From Sporopachydermia quercuum (Eukaryota): a DNA stretch of 64,000 nucleotides. The translations under genes were made by a program, and so were the position numbers. Below are positions 59,844-64,000 of the stretch, piece by piece (positions within the stretch are counted from its first letter, which is position 1; each line of letters opens with the position of its first letter). The notes under the pieces were generated by a model, which saw nothing but the letters and a program-made list of their open reading frames with translations, did no database searches and was not told the DNA's origin. The stretch spans positions 260,433-324,432 of the forward strand of contig BCGN01000007.1 of assembly GCA_001599295.1 (NCBI GenBank), given 5' to 3'.

Positions 59844-62738
59844 CTATATAACGGTTGAGAAAGCACGCTTCTTACTCTTTTTCTCTTCAAGCTCCATTTG
59901 TTCGTACTCATCAATGAACTCTTTATTATGATGTAATTCCCACGTTTTCTTGAGCATATTTAACCCAGCAACGTTAAATCCAACTTGATCTCGAACTCGT
60001 TTCAAACTGGCTTGTAAATTAGCTCTCACTTTAGTTAATAGAGCCATCATAGTGTTATTAGATATTATTTCCTTTTCATGGACTTTCACTAGGAAAAATA
60101 AAACATTGGACATTAATTGAAGATGGAACTCTCCAATATTGGAATTGAAGCCAGAGGTACCATTTTTCTTGGAAACAATAGTCCAGATTTCAATAAATCT
60201 GAATAGAGCTAAAACCATATTGAAAGGTAAGATGATCAATGCGTCTTCAAGTTGAGGACGCTTAATTTTCTGTAATACATCAAGCACGTATTCTGCGGGA
60301 GCCAGATTCAATGCTTGTAAAATAGGATTCTTATTAGGTGCCACAGCTGTTGCAGGATTCTTTACTTTATCTTTTTGATACTTCAATTCGTTATCAATGT
60401 CATCAATGGCTATCTGTAGGGCTTCCATCAGCTTTTCTCCTGCTTTCAGAGTTTCACTAGTTTGTTTGCTAACTCTTGCTTCATCGGATTCTTCTTCAAC
60501 TCCATCTTCGTCTTCACCATCGGCATTGCTCCTTCTACCTTCAATATCATCCCCTTCTAATGATGTTAACAGCGTAGATTCATATAATTCTTCAAGCTCC
60601 TTTTCTCGCTCTTCTTCTAAGAAAATCAAATCATCGGATTCAGCCCATACTCTGATACTCTTATCATGAGAAGCCGAGATAATAAAGTCTCCTTGTCTTG
60701 ATATAGCAATAGCCCATACTTCAGAATGGTGTCCTGCTAGCTTTTGAATGTTCTCGAACTTATCACCATCCCAATATTTAACCAAATGGTCCTTTGAACA
60801 AGAAAAGAAATTATGAGTCAGGTTCTCGAATTGAAGAGACATAATGCTATCTTGATGAGCAAAAATTGATTTATGACAGTCACCGAAATCTAAACCCCAA
60901 ATCTTGATGTTTTTATCTGCTGAACAAGTAACAATGATCTTGCTATCAAATGAAATATCCATAGAAAGGACAGGAAGTTTATGCCCATAAAGACTTAGAT
61001 AGAACTTGAGACTATCAGTGAAAAAGATCTTGACAGTATTATCTAATAAAGATGCGGCTATGTATTTCCCATCAGGAGAGAATCTAACTGATAGAACATC
61101 ATCAGTCAACTCCAGGGTTTTGGTATGATGAAGATTTAGCGTACGAATAGTCCTATCAGTGCCTAAAACTTCTTCTTCTGTTACTTTAAACTCCCAGAAT
61201 TTAACCTTCTTGTCAGTACCTCCGGTTGCTATCTGTTTACCATCTTCTGATATATGAAGAGACCATACTGAACCTTCATGAGCTTGCAATTTTTGTAAGA
61301 GTGTAGATCCAGCAACATCATATAATTCTAGATGCCCAGATTTGGTGCCTACAACAACCATCGTATCACCAGGTAAGAAAGAAGAGCATAAAGCGTATCC
61401 ACAATCAAATGTTCTAATGCAGTTGCCAGTTTTGATGTTCCATACTTTTAGCTGTCCGTTTGAAGCTGAAGCAACTAATTTATCATCTGATGTCAATGAT
61501 AACGTTCTGACATCAGACCTATGACCTAACCTATCAATTGTATATAGAAGTTGAGCTTCTACGCTTTGACTGGCCTTCCTGCTAACAGTAGCTGGTAATG
61601 GTAAACTGTGGTATTCCAAGCTGTTGTTCGCTAATGATACCAGTATATGAATGTTTCTATTCACACTTCCTTCACTGTTGGTACCATTTTTCGTTATGTG
61701 GCCCCAATCTGCGCTTCGGCCTTTGGAGTTAAATCTCAGTATACTATAACCTCCAAATAATAGGTTCACGTCATCTTCATCGATCTCCAAATCTCCTCCC
61801 GCNTTTTCCCTTAATCTTTTCCGTCTTCTGGCTAATACTTTTTTTATTTCCTCCGAGGATCGGATTCTCAAAATCTCGGTTGTTCTATCAGAATTTTGAA
61901 CCAAAATCAAAGGTTCTTTCTCATGAAATTTCAAACTAATGGTTCTGGCACTTTTTGCTTGTTTTTCGATATTTCCATGTGAGAATATTTTCTCTCCATC
62001 TTCTTTAGTTAAATCAACATTCCACACCTTTAATTGACCTTGGGCTCCACCACTAGTTATTAATCTAGTTCCATCAGGAGCTACAGACAAATTCCAGCAT
62101 TCTCCTTCATGAGCAATATGAGTTTCGACGCATAAATGTGTTTTCAAATCCCATAATTTGATCATTCCATCTTTTGAAATACTCACGAGCCAGTCACAAT
62201 CCTCAGGATCACCAGGTGTTCTCAAAAGCTCCATACCTGTAATTTCATCTCTATGAGACCTCAGTTTAAACAAACCGGCCTCTGCCACTAAATCCCATAA
62301 AATGATATTGCTATCTTTGGAACCACTTACTAAACGAGTACCTGAATCATCAAAGCATAATTTCGTAATAGCAGATTTATGCCCATTGAATGTGACAAGC
62401 ACATTTCCTGCTTGAATATCCCATACTTTGATAGAACCATCGGAATGGCCTGCTGCAACTAGATCGTATTTTGATTCGTAGCCTAGCTGGGTGATTTCAA
62501 CTGGTGGCTTACTACTGCTAGCGCTATTTGAACCAGGAATTTCTCCATCACGAAATTTGGAAATCTCCTCTCCTGTTTTTATATCCCATACGAGAATTTC
62601 TTCTAATCCAGCAACTAAAGCTCTTCCTGCTGACTGTTTACCTTGTGAATGGCTTGGTGGTAACCAGAGCACATTACAAGCTGATGCTATAACACCAAAA
62701 CAGGATTCCTGCTCAAATCGCTTATACGACTTAACCAT
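59844..62738 (-). CDS. DIP2: U3 snoRNP/UTP-B WD40 protein Dip2/Utp12
   Basis: MVKSYKRFE; many WD repeats; LSLYGHKLPVLSMDIS; WGLDFGDCHKSIFAH; TLKAGEKLMEAL; Utp12 C-terminal domain. Confidence 0.97.
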   Translation of the reverse strand: MVKSYKRFEQESCFGVIASACNVLWLPPSHSQGKQSAGRALVAGLEEILVWDIKTGEEISKFRDGEIPGSNSASSSKPPVEITQLGYESKYDLVAAGHSDGSIKVWDIQAGNVLVTFNGHKSAITKLCFDDSGTRLVSGSKDSNIILWDLVAEAGLFKLRSHRDEITGMELLRTPGDPEDCDWLVSISKDGMIKLWDLKTHLCVETHIAHEGECWNLSVAPDGTRLITSGGAQGQLKVWNVDLTKEDGEKIFSHGNIEKQAKSARTISLKFHEKEPLILVQNSDRTTEILRIRSSEEIKKVLARRRKRLREXAGGDLEIDEDDVNLLFGGYSILRFNSKGRSADWGHITKNGTNSEGSVNRNIHILVSLANNSLEYHSLPLPATVSRKASQSVEAQLLYTIDRLGHRSDVRTLSLTSDDKLVASASNGQLKVWNIKTGNCIRTFDCGYALCSSFLPGDTMVVVGTKSGHLELYDVAGSTLLQKLQAHEGSVWSLHISEDGKQIATGGTDKKVKFWEFKVTEEEVLGTDRTIRTLNLHHTKTLELTDDVLSVRFSPDGKYIAASLLDNTVKIFFTDSLKFYLSLYGHKLPVLSMDISFDSKIIVTCSADKNIKIWGLDFGDCHKSIFAHQDSIMSLQFENLTHNFFSCSKDHLVKYWDGDKFENIQKLAGHHSEVWAIAISRQGDFIISASHDKSIRVWAESDDLIFLEEEREKELEELYESTLLTSLEGDDIEGRRSNADGEDEDGVEEESDEARVSKQTSETLKAGEKLMEALQIAIDDIDNELKYQKDKVKNPATAVAPNKNPILQALNLAPAEYVLDVLQKIKRPQLEDALIILPFNMVLALFRFIEIWTIVSKKNGTSGFNSNIGEFHLQLMSNVLFFLVKVHEKEIISNNTMMALLTKVRANLQASLKRVRDQVGFNVAGLNMLKKTWELHHNKEFIDEYEQMELEEKKSKKRAFSTVI

Positions 62739-62839
62739 ATTTATGAGTTATGATTAATTTCGATAGCACGGTTGTATAATCTCAATAGCAACATAACTTT
62801 TCATATCATTATCATCATTATAGTTAACGATCAAGTGAA

Positions 62840-62882
62840 TGAAAATTTCCTTTAATTTTCCTCTAACAAATTAAAAAATTTT
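62840..62882. promoter_or_regulatory. RRPE-like elements upstream of DIP2
   Basis: TGAAAATTT near 62840 and AAAAAATTTT at 62873-62882, 100-140 bp upstream of a ribosome-biogenesis gene. Confidence 0.45.
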
Positions 62883-63220
62883 AAGGTATTCCCGATTTTG
62901 AATTGTGCATGTAGAGTGCANACAAATGCATAGATAATGCATGTTTGTTAAATGATGATGTAATCCAGTTTTTCTAAGTGTTCTGGCATGTTTGAAGCAA
63001 GCAATTGTTAGATAAATTGGAGGGCTCATTTATGGGGATAAGAGAATGATCGATTTGTCGACCGGTTAGAAAGGATACCAATAGACTATTTTATTGAGTT
63101 GGTGTCAAATATAATGCCTGGTTTCCTATAAATGATAGATTCCCTGCTGTAAAGAAGGAATGTGTTTGGATAAATGCAAAATTAGTATTAGTATATATCT
63201 TATAGCGGTGATAGATCAAA

Positions 63221-64000
63221 ATGGTATGTGATAAATGCAGGATATTTAGTGTATTCCTGTTATATTTATATTTTCAACCCAGAATGATTATGATTAGTTA
63301 GTTACTATCAGGCAAATATTTGATATTACAAGTAATGTGATCTTAAGACCGAGCTATTAACGTGAAGTTCGATATAGAGTCAGAAACAAATGGCTAAGTT
63401 CTTTGGTGATGCCACAGGAGCATCATCAACAGTTGCTACAAAGTATCTGAAAAAAGCTGGTTGGTCTATAGAAGATGCTATGGAGTTATACTTCAATGAC
63501 TATAAATCTAGGAATGATCCAGGTGCGCAGAAAAATAGAATTGCAATGAAACAGATATTTGATTCATATAAGGGTATGTTGAAGAGCACCATGATTGATT
63601 TTTATGCTGAATCGAAGTTGGTATTTGAGGTATGAAGCACCTAACAATTGTTTCAGACGAGACTACAGGAATTATAGGCATAGATGGAACAATCAAATAT
63701 TTTGAGGATCTAGAGGTATCATTAGAAGATGTGGTAGTTCTGGCAATAGCTCAGTTATTAGGATCAGAAGCTGTTGGCGAATTTAAAGAAATACCATTCA
63801 TAGAAGGATGGGCAAGTGAAGGGTATGTTTTATGTGCATCTTGTTGATTGGCAGATTATTTCAATATTGCTAGAAATATGAGGAAGACAATAGGATTGGT
63901 TATACTGACTTATGCACAGGGTGAATTCTATTGACAGTATGAAAGCAGTTTGTAAGAAGCTTAAAGAGAGGCTTGAAAACGACAATAGTTTTTTGAAGGA
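63221..64000 (+). CDS. DCN1: NEDD8 ligase Dcn1 (UBA-like + PONY), 5' part; exons 63221-63223, 63378-63573, 63657-63822 and 63920 to window end
   Basis: Spliced M|SQKQMAKFF..ATGAS...LKKAGWSIEDAMELYF...IFDSYK|D...IGIDGTIKYFEDLEV.LED...GEF....FIEGW...G|VNSIDSMK. Three GTATGT introns with TATTAAC, CCTAAC and TACTGAC branch sites; phases consistent. Confidence 0.9.

Overview
Gene-dense, AT-rich nuclear DNA of a budding yeast (Saccharomycotina, probably an early-diverging lineage, since introns are fairly common and branch sites degenerate). CTG appears to read as Leu. There are 18 protein genes, two of them cut by the window edges: an OYE-family flavin oxidoreductase (3' end), a mitochondrial PPR protein, ERG13, NOT1/CDC39, CDC50, UBC1, BRE5, POP2, NOG2, a methyltransferase-like protein, PTM1, a GT34 glycosyltransferase, SEA4, NTO1, GPI13, an SNF6-like gene, DIP2 and DCN1 (5' part). 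I rebuilt 10 spliceosomal introns by hand. The window also holds tRNA-Ile(AAT) and the H/ACA snoRNA snR191 inside the NOG2 intron. I found no mobile element or CRISPR array. The most unusual signal is a ~9 kb domain (about 47.1-56.2 kb) where CpGs are abundant and mostly in CCG/CGG context, across coding and non-coding DNA. A related motif, ATTTCCGGAATT, recurs in several promoters. Other points of interest are an N-terminally shortened Not1, deep microsynteny with S. cerevisiae (CDC39-CDC50...BRE5-POP2-NOG2; DIP2-DCN1) and a candidate 5'UTR intron in UBC1. Gene names rest on recalled motifs, not database searches.
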